From contig NC_092671.1 in NCBI RefSeq assembly GCF_964355755.1, forward strand, positions 18,290,001 to 18,354,000: a DNA stretch of 64,000 nucleotides, written 5' to 3'. Shown here piece after piece: positions 49,001 through 61,462 of this stretch (positions are counted from its first letter, which is position 1; every line of letters begins with the position of its first letter). Below the pieces are notes generated by a model. That model made no database searches, had not been told where the DNA came from, and saw only the letters and a program-made list of their open reading frames with translations. The stretch comes from Antedon mediterranea (lineage: Eukaryota; Animalia; Echinodermata). Position numbers and translations under genes: made by a program.

Positions 49001-52000
49001 AGTTGCAGAGACTGCAAGATATTACTAACATACTATAATTCAAAAATTAATAATTTTAACCTTACCAATACATATGTTACTGTCATTACGTACAAATCCT
49101 GTGATACAATCACAAGTAAAGCCACCAACAGTATTCTCACAAACTTCATTTGTCGAACATGGATTGTCATCACATTCATTGTCGTCTGAAATAAGATAAA
49201 AGGAAAAATCGTATGAACGGCTCTATAGTTGCAGAGAATGCAAGATATTACTAACATACTATAATTCAAAAATTTATAATTTTAACCTTACCAATACATA
49301 TGTTACTGTCATTACGTACAAATCCTGTGATACAATCACAAGTAAAGCCACCAACAGTATTCTCACAAACTTCATTTGTCGAACATGGATTGTCATCACA
49401 TTCATTGTCGTCTGAAATAAGACAAAAAGAAAAATCGTCAGAACGGCTCTATAGTTGCAGAGAATGCAAGATATTACTAACATACTATAATTCAAAAATT
49501 AATAATTTTAACCTTACCAATACATATGTTACTGTCATTACGTACAAATCCTGTGATACAATCACAAATAAAGCTACCAACTGTATTATTACAAACTTCA
49601 TTTGTTGAACATGGATTATTATCACATTCATTTTCATCTGAAAAAATAGTAATTTAGAAAGCAGAATTAAATTCAAATGCTGGATTTTGAACTTTAAAGA
49701 TGTATTGTCCTCCAAAAACATGAACAATGAATATTAATTAAATCAGTTTTAATAAAGTTAATCACTTCCGAAGAAAAAATAATGTTTTCTATTATAAGAT
49801 GACAAAATAAATGATTAAATTCAACCAAAAATCCATTGGCTGGAAGCCAATTTGACTATTTTTTGCTTTATATTACAATTTTTTTAAGGTAAATAATTTT
49901 GTTTTCAATCCATGTTTTGGTCAAAGTGGATAACTATTTATGTCAAATTAAAATGGCATATTCAACAAAAAACATTTTAAGAATTATTTTTTTCAGTGGG
50001 ACAATACACCTGATTACGAATTCATTACACATTTAGTACCTGGGTCCGGTATTATGTCTGTTACAACCTGACTGTCTGGTTCTAGAATATTATTGTCTCG
50101 TCCTGTTAGACCGTCTAGGAACACCTGCCACAACTGGTCATCGGTAATATTTAATTCTATGTTAAATGTCACGATAAATGTTGCACGTAGGCCAACGGAC
50201 ACGTTCATGAATGAGATGGTTTCAGTGCCGAAATATTTATCCATATAAATACTCTTTTGAAATAAACTGTCCATCTGCAAAAACATAAACACGAAATATT
50301 GTATAATACAAGCCAATACAGCCACACTGTATGCAAACACATTCAACAAAACAAAAAAGAACACATTTATAGTAATAGAGAAACATATTATTGGCATGGC
50401 GAAATCAAATGTTGATATAAAGTTTGCGGTACACCACGTATATTCGTTCTGAAAAGAACTGTTGAGTTTCTCGACGTTTCCATCAATATATACTTTGATC
50501 GTCCTCAGGAGTGAGAAGTCATGAGGACGATAAAAGTATATTGATCGAAACGTCAAGAAAGAAAGAACTTTATATCAATAGAGCAATATAAAAAAAAACA
50601 TCCATTTCCTAGTAGATTGGTAAAAAGTTCTCATGCATAAACATCATTCAAGAAAATAATATGGAATGTATTCCACCACAAATGTGTCGGCTTCAGGAAA
50701 TCCCAATATGGCTCAATGAGTCAAAATGAGTTTGTTCTCAAAGACATCAAATAATATTAGCTACTTACATCAGCACTTATTTGAAGAGAAACATCATCAA
50801 AGTTAAAATCATCGAAAAACATGTTTGCGTCTAATCCCTCGATATATTCAAAGTCGACCACAAGATTCTTCGAAACCGCAGCTAAAAACATGAAGAAGTA
50901 TCATTTATAAGATAAGTTAAGTCTACACCATCAAACTAATTTTACAAAAAAAAGTGGGATGTGCCTAAATAATTGTAGTGATATGCCCAAATAATATGGT
51001 AGTGATATGACATCATAATGTCCATATATGGGCACATCACATTTTGTCACATAAACTTTGATAGTGTAGACTGTGCAATACCCAAATTCATGAAATATAA
51101 ATTAATAATAAATAATTTGTTTGATGTTGCTTTAAAAAAATGTAAATATTTGCTGAGTTCAAACAAATGTTATATAAACTGTTGTTGGAAATATATAAAC
51201 ATAATAATAATTTTAACAAGAAATATTTCTTACAAAAAACGCTGCTCGCTTATTGAAAAATATTTTTTATTTCAAATTTGTTTTTTTGAATGTGTCATTT
51301 TATTGTCACATAATAGTTATTTTACCTGAAAAAAAATGTAATTTAAAACAACAAATACTTAAATTGTCTGTCAGACAATGGTTTTGGGGTTTCTTTTCTC
51401 TTTTTATATTTAATAAATATAATTTTTTTGTTACAGAAGTGAATACTCAATTTCTGTCACTTTAGTTAATTTTATGGCTAAGGTTAAGTCACCCTAGATA
51501 TTTCAAATGTGAAGTATCCTATTACAAACACAAACTTGAATGGACTGTTTTGATAATAATTCAATGACAGTGAATTACAGTCAAAAGTCAGTATTATAGT
51601 CAAATGGGATAAAAACCAGAAATGCTTTGGGATTTGTAATTTTAGCATGACATGTCCTAATAGACTCTTTTCCCACACGTTTTTTGGGGTCTAGCAGCTG
51701 AAATCTATAAATTATAGTGGAGTTTCCATTTTTGCAAAACTGTCGTCCTTAGATACTATAACTGCTGCTTGCTTTAGCTTCTGATTGAGTAGTCCTAATG
51801 GGACGTAGCGGAAAAAAACATACCTATACAGGTTCCATTGACATTGAAATAAGAGGTCAGACATGTGCAGTAAAAACTACCCTGCGTGTCAACACATCTT
51901 TCGTTAGACTCCAGTTGGCATGGCGATATGAGAGACCTACATTCGTCTATATCTGTTTAACAAAACAAATGAATTCAGTTAGAAAAGAAAAACATTGGCA

Positions 52001-55000
52001 AGCAAAAGGGAAACCAGTGACATATTTCATTGACTTGTGATAATTGGGATCTTTCAATTTGCACCGATCAAACAAGGTCAAATCAATTGTGTGCACTCTT
52101 AATAACCCAGTTCATATTTTGGGAGAGGTTACCCCGGTGTGCTGGTCTATCACAGCCCCTGTAGTTATAAACGAACGAATGAGCGTCGTCTAATGGCAGC
52201 TGTACGCCATTTGTGTACATCGTCCACGTAATGTTGGCTGCGAGACACATGTTATTCCCACACACATTTACATGCTTATTTTATTACTGCATATTTTCCA
52301 AGCTTTATCAAAATATGAAAGCTAACTTACTTTCACAATCAAATCCATCTCCTTGGTAACCATTTTGACATGCACATGAATAAGAGCCAATAGTATTGTT
52401 ACATATCCCGTTGTCCGAACAGGTATCAATATTAAAATCACACTCATCATAATCTGAGAAATAAGAATGTGGAAATATAGATTACAATTTAAGAATCATA
52501 ATCCAAACATATTCTTTAGTCTTGTTACCGTATATCTAATCTAATCTAATATATAATCGTAAATCCAACTTCGGGTCTAATCTCACCCCTTATATGTTTT
52601 ACAAACAAAAGCAAGCAAAGCATATCCCAAGGTATAGTCCCAGTATTGAGTTTTGATCTGAATGTAGGCCTCTCTCTAGCCAGTTCTGTTGAGTTTTTAC
52701 AGGAAAAGCTTACCAATCATTTTTTTCCTCAACCAGTGTTTTAGTCCCACCCACCAAAGTCGGCCCAATTTCATGTTCTAGGGGGATTTTACAAGACCAT
52801 ATACGGTATATTGTATACTGTAAGAAACATCTGTTAAAACGTGAGAGTACACAGAAGAAACGCATCAGAGAAAACATTGAAGCATACCACATATACTTTT
52901 TAGGCCTAAAAACAGAAAATTTACCTTGACATTGACCAATTCTAGCATTTCCACCAGGAAGGCTTACATAACCAATGTAACAGTTACATGTGTAGGATCC
53001 AAATGTGTTTGTACAGTTTGCAATTGAATCACAAGTGTCAGTTTCAATTGCGCATTCATCAATATCTTAAAAATTTAAAAACAAATTTGTATAACCAAAA
53101 GAACAAAAAACAAAATATATAATTATTTGCTATCCTGAGCTATGCTTAATACAACAGGCAGCACATCCATAAAAAAATAGACTTTTGTAAAATATCACAT
53201 AATACATAACTTGGTTATTCTTTCATTATCTGTAGTCCTGTGGACAAATTGCGTCACTCATGTTTTGTAATTCACCTGAAGCGTGTGACCAGCTTTTCTG
53301 GCCATACGAAATAAGCATGTAGTTAATAAATATGAAGTCATCTTATTTTATCTTTTTCATCTTATTTTTTAATAGAGTTACTTACCAGTACAATTAAATC
53401 CAGGCTGTGAAGAGGAGTCTTCAAAACCCACATTACATTCACATGTGTAAGATCCATTGTTATCTGTACAGGTGGCCAACTCATGACAATCATCAAATTG
53501 TTCAAAACATTCATCTATGTTTACACAACTTATAAATCCATCACCACGGTAACCATCGTCACATTTGCATAGGTATGATCCATCTGTGTCTTGACATGCA
53601 GCGTTTACATTACAAGGGCCATTCAAACATTCATTGATATCTGAAGACAACAAGTTAACATTTAATTTACAGTTGTTTTTTTTTCTCTTTTGTGGCGCAA
53701 ACACCACTCATTCCAAATGTTACAATTTAATTTACAGTTATTACTTTAGAAATGTGCAAGAAATAATAATATAACAATCATGTAGTATTTCCTATTAATC
53801 GGTTCTCTCTTAGGAATTTGATTTGATTTATTTCGATACCATACAAATACCGATAAAAAGGAAACAAAAATACAATCATTTTCTATGGTAGCGAGGATAA
53901 CCTGTAAAGGGGATAGGTCCTGAAGGGTCCTCCTCTGATTCTCACAAAATTGACTCTTTACTTTGCAGATCATAATGCAATTTTAAAACATTTTGTTCTA
54001 CTGTACAATAAAAACATTTCTTGGTAATGTTAAAGTCTGATGTACCTCTCATCTAATGGGAAAGTATTTTTAAGAGATGAATATAAATCATAGTGTGGTA
54101 TGGTGTAGCAGGTAAAGGATGTAAAGCTCTGTCTACACTATCAAACTTTTTTATAATTTTTTTATGGGAGCCTAGGCGTAAAGTTTTTTTAAAACTTATA
54201 TAGGTTTTCTTCCACACATACTTTGTGTTTTTTATTGGTTATTATCTAAGTGTTTATATAATTATTATTTTATGTATTTTTAATATATGTGTGGAGAACT
54301 TTTATTGAATATTTATTTATTGAATGTTGAATAAACAAATCAAATATAATACAAACTCAAATATAACTTTATGTGACAAAAATGTAATGTGCTTATATAT
54401 GGACATGATGAGGTAATGTCACTACCATATTTGAGCATACCACTACCATATTTGGGAACATCACATTTTTTTTGTCAAATTATAACATATTATAACATCT
54501 TACATAATCTTGTGGGAATATAATTTGTCTTGCGTAAAGGTGACTTACTTGTACAATTTGTTTTGCCGTCACCGGTATAACCAGTTATACATTGACACTC
54601 AAATGATCCCACAGTATTATTGCACGTTGCAAGCAAATTACATGAATAAATTGATAAACACTCATTATTATCTATGTATAAATGAAATGCAATTATTATT
54701 ATACATAAGCAATGACATTACAGAGATAAATGTATTTATTATTATTTATCAGTGTTTCTGTGTTTGTAATTAATAAAACGTTATATGAAAAACCAGTTTT
54801 AATTGTTTGGGCTACTTTGGGTAATGAAATATAATGATGATAAATCAGTACATTTTATCTAATTCCTTCTGTTTTAAGGCACATCAACTGACATAAAAGA
54901 GTTTTCTACATGTACCGGGTATAACCATAGCTTTTCTCATTTTATCTTTATAAGAAATGATTACATACACGTTGAGGACCTGTGTTAACAAATTTGTATG

Positions 55001-58000
55001 ATTCAAATTCCTTACCAATACAAATATTTTCGTCGTTTCTCGAGAATCCTGTTCCACAAGCACACCTGTAGCTGCCCTCTTGATTTATACACACCGCATT
55101 CTCAGTGCAGTTATACAGTTCTTCAGAATTGCATTCGTTAATATCTGAAAAAGAGTACGCATATACAATTCAATGATACAACACTTTAATTATTTACTGA
55201 ATTAACTTAAGGATGTATTGTCCCCCAAAACATGAAAACGAATAATATAATCAGACTTTGAATAGGTTATTTTGTAGTTAAACACTTCGCAGATAAAACA
55301 GTTTTCACTTATAAAATAACATAATAAATGGTTAAGTTCCACCAAAAATCCATTGACCTTTTTTGCTTAAAATTACTATTTTTTCAGGTAAATAAATTGT
55401 GTTTAGATCCAATTTTTGGTCCAGTGGATAACTATAATGTGACATTAAAATGGCATATTCAACAACAAATTTTTCAGGGGGACAATACATTTTTAACAAA
55501 TAGATGTATTCATCCCATTAGTCAATGAAAATAGTATGTAAAGTGTTATAAAATATTATGGAATTTAGGTCTCAGGCCGATACAAGGAAGATTTGTAAGT
55601 GTAAGACCTCAGATTAAATTATACATTTAAATTAATTTAATTTGTATAATGTATACTACATTGATATTATGCTGGTCGAATAAATAAACAAAATGAAATG
55701 AGACACTTCAATAATTTTAGATTTTAATAAACTTAAAATGATAATTTAATTATATATATATATATAGCGTAAAATGCAGGGCAATCTTTTATTTCTTACC
55801 GTCACACATTTCTCCAGCAAACCCATCCAGGCATGAGCACATGAAAGTCCCAGGCATATTGATACACTCAGCATTTGACACACAAATAGTGCTATTCAGG
55901 CACTCATTAGTGTCTAAATATAAACAATACAAAACAAATTAAATGCATCTGAAAGCAAAGCAATTAAGACTGGGTTACTGCAAAATTAATAATATCGGCA
56001 CAGTTTCAATGCACTAATCTTGATAAATCTCGGATAAGGACTTACAACTGGAGGTCCAGTGTACACATCTAGCTTATGTGCACATACAAGAACCCAGTGA
56101 ATCTTTTGGAAAGACTAAGGGTTGTCCTGGTCAATTTCAGTCAATAATTTCTTTCTTTCTTTTATTAAATTTTTCACACTTCAAATGGAAAGCACAAGAG
56201 TGGCCTTACCCCGCAGACTTATTTACAATATAGAAACAAGTAAAGCACTTGCCTTGACACGTTCGTTTGTCAGTGGACAACTCATAGCCATCGTTACAAG
56301 AACACTCAAAGCTTCCATCATTATCAATGCAATTGGTTTCACATTGGTTAGTATTATCACTAGCACATTCATCGATATCTAAAATAAAAAGGTATTAGAA
56401 TTAAAGGGAGTAAATCTGTGCTATTAAAAAGAATATAAAACTCTGTCTACACTATCGAACTTTATGTAACAAAATAATGGGATGTGCCCATATAATGATG
56501 TCATATCATTACCATATTTGGGAATATCACTAACCATATTTGCCACATCACATTTTATTTTTCAAAATAGTTTGATAGCGCAGACAGTGATTTAGCCTAG
56601 TGAGGATGTGCGAGAGATAATTTCTTGAATGATCATTAAATAAAAATAGCATTCATGCTCCACTCATAGAGGCACTGATGAAGAAAGTCTACCTGAGGTG
56701 AATAGGCTTAAGACGAAATTGTATCAATGTTAAATACTTATTAACTGTTAACTGATTACATTGAAAACTAATCTTGTTGTTGGTTTAAATAGAATCCTTG
56801 AAAATACATACTTTGGCAAGTGGTTGCATTTGCCGCAACATAACCATTGTTGCAGGTACAAGTTGGGTCGCCAGAATTATCTAGTATACACTGAGAGAAA
56901 GCATCACATGGGTTCTCTGTGCATTCCATTCCTGCTCCAGCTGAAATCACAAATAAAATATGAGTAGGCCTATGTGGAAACGTAACATCCAATACAATGC
57001 GCCGTTATTGTCAGGAGTGTTAATACACAAACCACCCGTTATAAGTATTCATTCTGCCTAGCCGAGGCGAGAGATTATCATACAATAATATATAATTGTT
57101 AGTGTTTGCCAGTCATGAAATGTCATTTTAATTTTTTGGACAATAAGTTATTTTGTATTTTATTTTATTCTAAATGTCTTAGTTTTGCATAAAAATGGGC
57201 CTGCAGTCAAATGGTACAACTTAGTTTTAAGATAGTTGACTATGTGAACAATACAAGTAATAAACGCTTAAAAACTTACGATTACAAGATACCATGTCAT
57301 TCTGAAGTTCAAAACCAGTGTTGCAACCACAGGTAAATGATCCAGCGGTATTGGCACAGGTTTGACTACAGCCATCTGTTTCCAAACTGCATTCATCAAT
57401 ATCTGGAAATTAATTATTAGATTTGTCATAATCTCAATTCACCAATCATACTAAGACTAAAAGAACAAAACCTTTAGCAATAATTCTCCTATAAAGTGAA
57501 TACAATAAGGAAATTCATCTTCATAATAAATATGGATCATTTCAAATCTATAATCAATAAATGTTTTAATTAGGAGAGAGATGTATATTTTAACAAACTG
57601 TACACGAGAACAATAATCAATGTGGCAGTATTAATACCTAAATGTTAAAAGAATAAAAGGTAAGAGGCTGTCCACAAATAAATACTACTGTATAATCATA
57701 ATCTTGATTTTCGATAATTATACATAATTTCAGCCTTACCGGCACAAGTAACACCATCACCCATATAACCACTATTACATTCGCATTCATAAGAACCTAT
57801 GACATCATTACAAGTACCCCTACTTGAACAAGGAACAATCCCATCCACCGGAACACATTCGTCGACATCTTAAAAGAAAAAACAACATTTGTTTTAAATG
57901 CAAAAACTATGGTACTGTAAAGTAAGTGAGACGAAACTACTGTAAACTTGTAAACAGATGTGATATTTATTAAGTATCATCTGTACTTTTAGCACATGTA

Positions 58001-60705
58001 TGCAATTAGCACCCTGTGTGATAACCACAGTATCCTATATATAACCACAATCAATGTATACCAGTAGTTTAGAATACTTTTAGTTAAGTTAGATTCACTT
58101 GCAACTATGCCTTGTGTATATTTTATAAACTATAGCAAGAAGTTTATAACTATTAAATAAGGAATATTTGAGACAAATCAATAACAATAAAAACATTAAG
58201 GTAAAGGGTATATTATATATCTCTTTATTGTTAAAATGTTAAATGATTATAATAATAATTACATTGCTCAACTTATTTTACAAAAATACCAAACAAAAAG
58301 CTTTCGCTTATATGAAACTTACTTGTGCATATGGCACTGTCATTCGCTCTTGCATAACCAGGAATACACCGGCAGAAATAATCAGGGTCGGTATTAATAC
58401 ACTCCTCGATATCGAAACAGATATTCATATCAACTGTACATTCATCAATATCTAGAGTGTGAGAAATTACATTGACATCATTTTTATTTTTATCTATTTC
58501 TTTTGATGAAAATGTCTTGGTTCTCACCTAGGAAAAAACGCAACAAAAGGAATTTGAAAAATACAGGTGACGGTATATCGTTACTAACTTTTGAAACTCT
58601 TTTTGATCCCGAATTAACACGTGTAGCTACAGTACCTTCTACGTTTCAGTAGAAATAATTTTACCAACTACATAATTTACTGACTTACCCACACAAGTAA
58701 ATCCATCTCCTTCAGCCCCTGAGTTACATTGACATGTGTAGCTACCTTCCACGTTGGTACAGGTGCCCCTTGAGCTACATTGTTGGTCGCCATTGACACA
58801 TTCATTCACATCAAAACAATGTGTCCCATTGCCTTGATAACCTTGTTGACATGTGCATATGAACGAACCGACTACATTGACACAATCTGCATTCTCGTCG
58901 CAGTCACTCAAAGCTTGGAGACACTCATCGACATCTATAAATGAATACATCATTACATTATTTATTATATCTTTATTTATAATTCTTAAAATATATTTTA
59001 TTATAGATATATACCAGGGCCGTAGCAAGAATACCTCGTCTGGAATTTTTAATTTTCACCACTCACACCAATTCCCCAACAGAGAATGTCATATTTTATA
59101 TTTAATCATTATATTTAAAGCATATTTGCCTCGTCTTTGCAATCCCGTTCACAAGACAAACATATACACAAGATGCTCTACATAAACAAAGTCTTATTAC
59201 AAGAATTTGGGAGTGAAGTTGAATTTTGTCATTAGAAAAAATCCTGACATACGACAGGACTTGAACCAGGACCCTTGGATTGGTAACCAAGCATCATTAC
59301 CTCCACGCCACAACTCAAAGTAAAAAAAAAACACTTACCGTCACAAGCCATTCCATTTCCTAAGAATCCATCTCGACAAGCACAAGAAAATGATCCTACA
59401 ACGTTGTTACAATCTGCATTGAGGTCACAAGGAAAACTTCCGGTTTGGCATTCATTTATATCTGTATATAAAAATACATTTTATAATTTTGACGCACTTT
59501 AACAACCAATGACATACAACCAGGGAAAAGTTAAATTATTTTACTGTAATTTCACTCTTCCATGCATACGACCAATAGAAAAGATGAAATAACGGAATAA
59601 AATCATCTAGCATTAATCCAAACTTGTTTGGGTCTTTTGTAAATCTGAACTCAATCTATAAGTTGTGAATATACTGAACTACCTCAACACCCTCAATTGT
59701 ACACTGGGACTGTTTATGACGTCATCAAATTCAATGTTCACATTATTACTTGAAAGAACTGTTTAGCTTAATATAAGAAGTTGCCTACAATTTCCATGAG
59801 TGTGGTCAACCGAAAAAAAAAAAAACAAACCCAAAACTCCCAAAATAGTTATATATCTATTAATTTTTTATTTATTGGATAAATAACCTAACTAATTAAT
59901 TGGCACCCCTTCCGAAAATAAATAAATACATTGTTTTACATTTTCTGATGTTTGGTGATATTAAACTGTGATGGCTTCATTATTTTAGATGTATACAATG
60001 TCATACCTTCACAAGATATACCATCCCCACTGTAACCAACATTACATGAACAATTAAAGCCTCCAACGAAATTCTCACACATGGCATTAGAATCACAATC
60101 ATCCACGTGTCTATCACATTCGTCTATGTCTGCAGAAAGAAAGACAATTATTGTTGTCAAATGGCCAAGTATAAGTATCTAAAACATTATATATGGCATA
60201 ATTATATAACATAAAGAGACCTTCCAAACTATTATTATAGAGTGCTTTTTTAATTTTTTTGTTCTATTTTCTAACATATTTCAAACTATCAAGGGTACTA
60301 TTAACAATCTAAATTATTATTCAAAATAATAAACATAGGTAGTTTCCAGAAAGCCAAAGCAGAATATACGGTACTAACTTATTATTTCACTTATTAAACA
60401 ATGTATGAATTGGTTATAAAAATCATACGGACCGATATTAATATGTTTTCTATCATCTCTCTTTATTTAGATCCTATTATAAATATCAGGAGAGGTCTGT
60501 ATTAATCATAGTTAGGTGCGCTGTAAATAAATATTATAAATAAAATCAAAGTGGATACCTAAACAATCCTTTAGATTAGGATGCAGTTCAAACCCAGATC
60601 TGCAGTTACATGTGTAACTGTGAAGAGTGTTTACACAGAGTTCTGGATGTTCGCAGAAGTTGACGCCTTCTACCTGGTCTTGACCAGCTGCACATTCATC
60701 ATAAT
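34041..60705 (-). CDS. Large type I membrane protein: at least 18 EGF - SEA - 14 EGF - SEA - EGF - TM - cytoplasmic tail (fibrillin-like EGF array / SEA mucin-like); 5' end not found
   Basis: Exons in transcript order: 60559-60705, 60007-60129, 59339-59461, 58689-58934, 58323-58451, 57740-57868, 57280-57402, 56812-56940, 56253-56378, 55800-55913, 55016-55144, 54549-54671, 53386-53640, 52925-53065, 52331-52453, 51824-51952, 50769-50881, 50040-50274, 49518-49637, 49292-49411, 49066-49185, 48840-48959, 48481-48603, 46486-46608, 46223-46345, 46004-46123, 45645-45767, 45325-45444, 44839-44958, 44576-44698, 40721-40840, 40115-40237, 39571-39704, 38909-39140, 37580-37664, 36814-36854, 36349-36644, 35361-35462, 34041-34136 (stop). 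cbEGF consensus D-[IV]-[DN]-E-C...C-x-N-x-x-G-S-[YF]-x-C, with compatible intron phases. Confidence 0.88.
36349..36644 (-). CDS. Transmembrane and juxtamembrane exon of the EGF/SEA gene
   Basis: [29 protein letters not shown] followed by the basic stop-transfer RRK; AG/GT bounded. Confidence 0.9.
38909..39704 (-). CDS. Membrane-proximal SEA module (2 exons)
   Basis: YRGELRV...[18 protein letters not shown] / ...[17 protein letters not shown]. Confidence 0.8.
40859..44476 (-). mobile_element. CR1/L2-group LINE with near-complete ORF2 (APE 42963-44465, RT 41362-42978, one frameshift), intronic
   Basis: HLNIRS, ISETWL, GGGVA, GDFN, SDHLP; [21 protein letters not shown] 3' stem-loop lies at 40976-41016, followed by a (TCTGAA)n tail. 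Probable TSD TAAAAAT. Confidence 0.93.
46975..47037 (-). pseudogene. Truncated EGF pseudo-exon
   Basis: Matches the 3' half of exon 45325-45444. The 5' half and the acceptor are replaced by an insertion. Confidence 0.8.
47038..48310. mobile_element. Unclassified non-coding insertion with an internal direct repeat (47034-47108 / 47694-47770) and a tRNA-like A/B box segment (47542-47603)
   Basis: Absent from the paralogous module at 45387-45475. Confidence 0.7.
48840..49637 (-). repeat. 226-bp exon+intron tandem repeat (120-bp EGF exon + 106-bp intron), about 3.5 units
   Basis: Exon ends at 48840, 49066, 49292 and 49518 are spaced exactly 226 bp apart. Confidence 0.92.
50040..50881 (-). CDS. 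Distal SEA-like module (2 exons)
   Basis: Same 1-0-1 phase pattern as the proximal SEA; [37 protein letters not shown]. Confidence 0.7.
50467..50560. ncRNA. Inverted pair of hammerhead-like motifs (family C)
   Basis: Minus: CUGAGGA-CGAUCAA-AGUAUAUA-UUGAUG-GAAAC-GUC. Plus: (A)UGAGGA-CGAUAAAAGUAUAUUGAUC-GAAAC-GUC. Confidence 0.6.
55208..55496. mobile_element. TTAA-flanked MITE (Kolobok-like; TIR AGATGTATTGTCCCC); related copies at 49694-50010, 38320-38592 and about 34210-34500
   Basis: ttaa-ggatgtattgtcccc ... ggggacaatacattt-ttaa, with a shared internal aaatggcatattcaaca. Confidence 0.75.
59130..59316 (-). mobile_element. tRNA-derived SINE
   Basis: Minus strand GAGTTGTGGCGTGGAGG (A box)...GGTTCAAGTCC (B box). 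Confidence 0.55.
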
Positions 60706-61087
60706 CTATATGAAAAAAAAAACATGTGTAAGTAAAATATTTTTGTGTTGTTTTGTTTGTATATTTAGGAAAATTTCCAAGGATAACCATAAGCAAAAAC
60801 TGAAATGTGGCAATCCTGTTCACAAGATAAACCATAAATATATACCATATTTCTGTCGAGGAAAACAATTTTTTCCATGTACACATTTTTATATATGGAA
60901 CAAATACAGATTTGATTTGAGTGTAAAAATATTGGGAGATCAATCTTGTAGTCAAAGTGACATACCGTATAGAGGGAGGTACTCCTCATGACACAGTGTA
61001 CGTATTTAGGTTCTAAAACAGCATATTTCCTTATTTTCATTTTATATAAAAAATAATATATATATATATATATTGGGGCGACTTTTT

Positions 61088-61215
61088 CTCATTCTCACAG
61101 ATTTCCTCATCTTTATCGTTTCAAATTAATTTATTAAATTTCAGTATATCACCGGGCGGTTTAGAATTAATGTTCTTTGCCTCTTGTGTTTATATATATA
61201 TATATATATATATAT
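61088..61215 (+). mobile_element. 3' part of a (TA)n-tailed SINE family (also at 13700-13832, 37690-37752 and, reversed, 13268-13326)
   Basis: Shared cattctcacag.tttcctcatctttatcgtttcaaatt and aatttcagtatatcaccgggcggtttagaattaatg segments. The 13700 copy retains a GGTTCAAATC B box. Confidence 0.7.
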
Positions 61216-61322
61216 TCAGGTTGAAATTTTCAGACCGTTTGGATAGAGTGCTCAATACCAAGGTAGAGCATAAATAAATAAATAAAATAACAGCAGAAAA
61301 CTTGGTTACTTCATTGTTTTAA

Positions 61323-61378
61323 TCACTACAAATTTGTTTCGTACGACCAGCATGTAGCTGGCTGCACTCTTCAGGTGA
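61323..61378 (-). ncRNA. Type I hammerhead ribozyme (family D) in the PLE 3' UTR
   Basis: UCAC-CUGAAGA-GUGCAGCCAGC-UACAU-GCUGGUCGUAC-GAAAC-AAAUUU-GUA-GUGA: stems I, II and III all pair, the cleavage triplet is GUA, and stem III is the palindrome ACAAAUUUGU. Confidence 0.88.
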
Positions 61379-61462
61379 AATATAAAACATAAGTGACACA
61401 GTTGTCTCATAGTGCTTAATAGAAGTGAGTCATCGGGAAGTCGTATACAATAGCCTATTGTT

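Noticed and set aside
56675-56725. CTGATGA...GAAA hammerhead-like strings here, at 4544-4575 and at 20820-20845
   Set aside because: Stems I and III or core bases do not fit. They may be decayed relics but are not supportable.
61385-61460. SECIS element (some Naiad elements are selenoproteins)
   Set aside because: AUGA and AA are present but helix II and the second GA do not form properly, and the visible ORF has no in-frame UGA.
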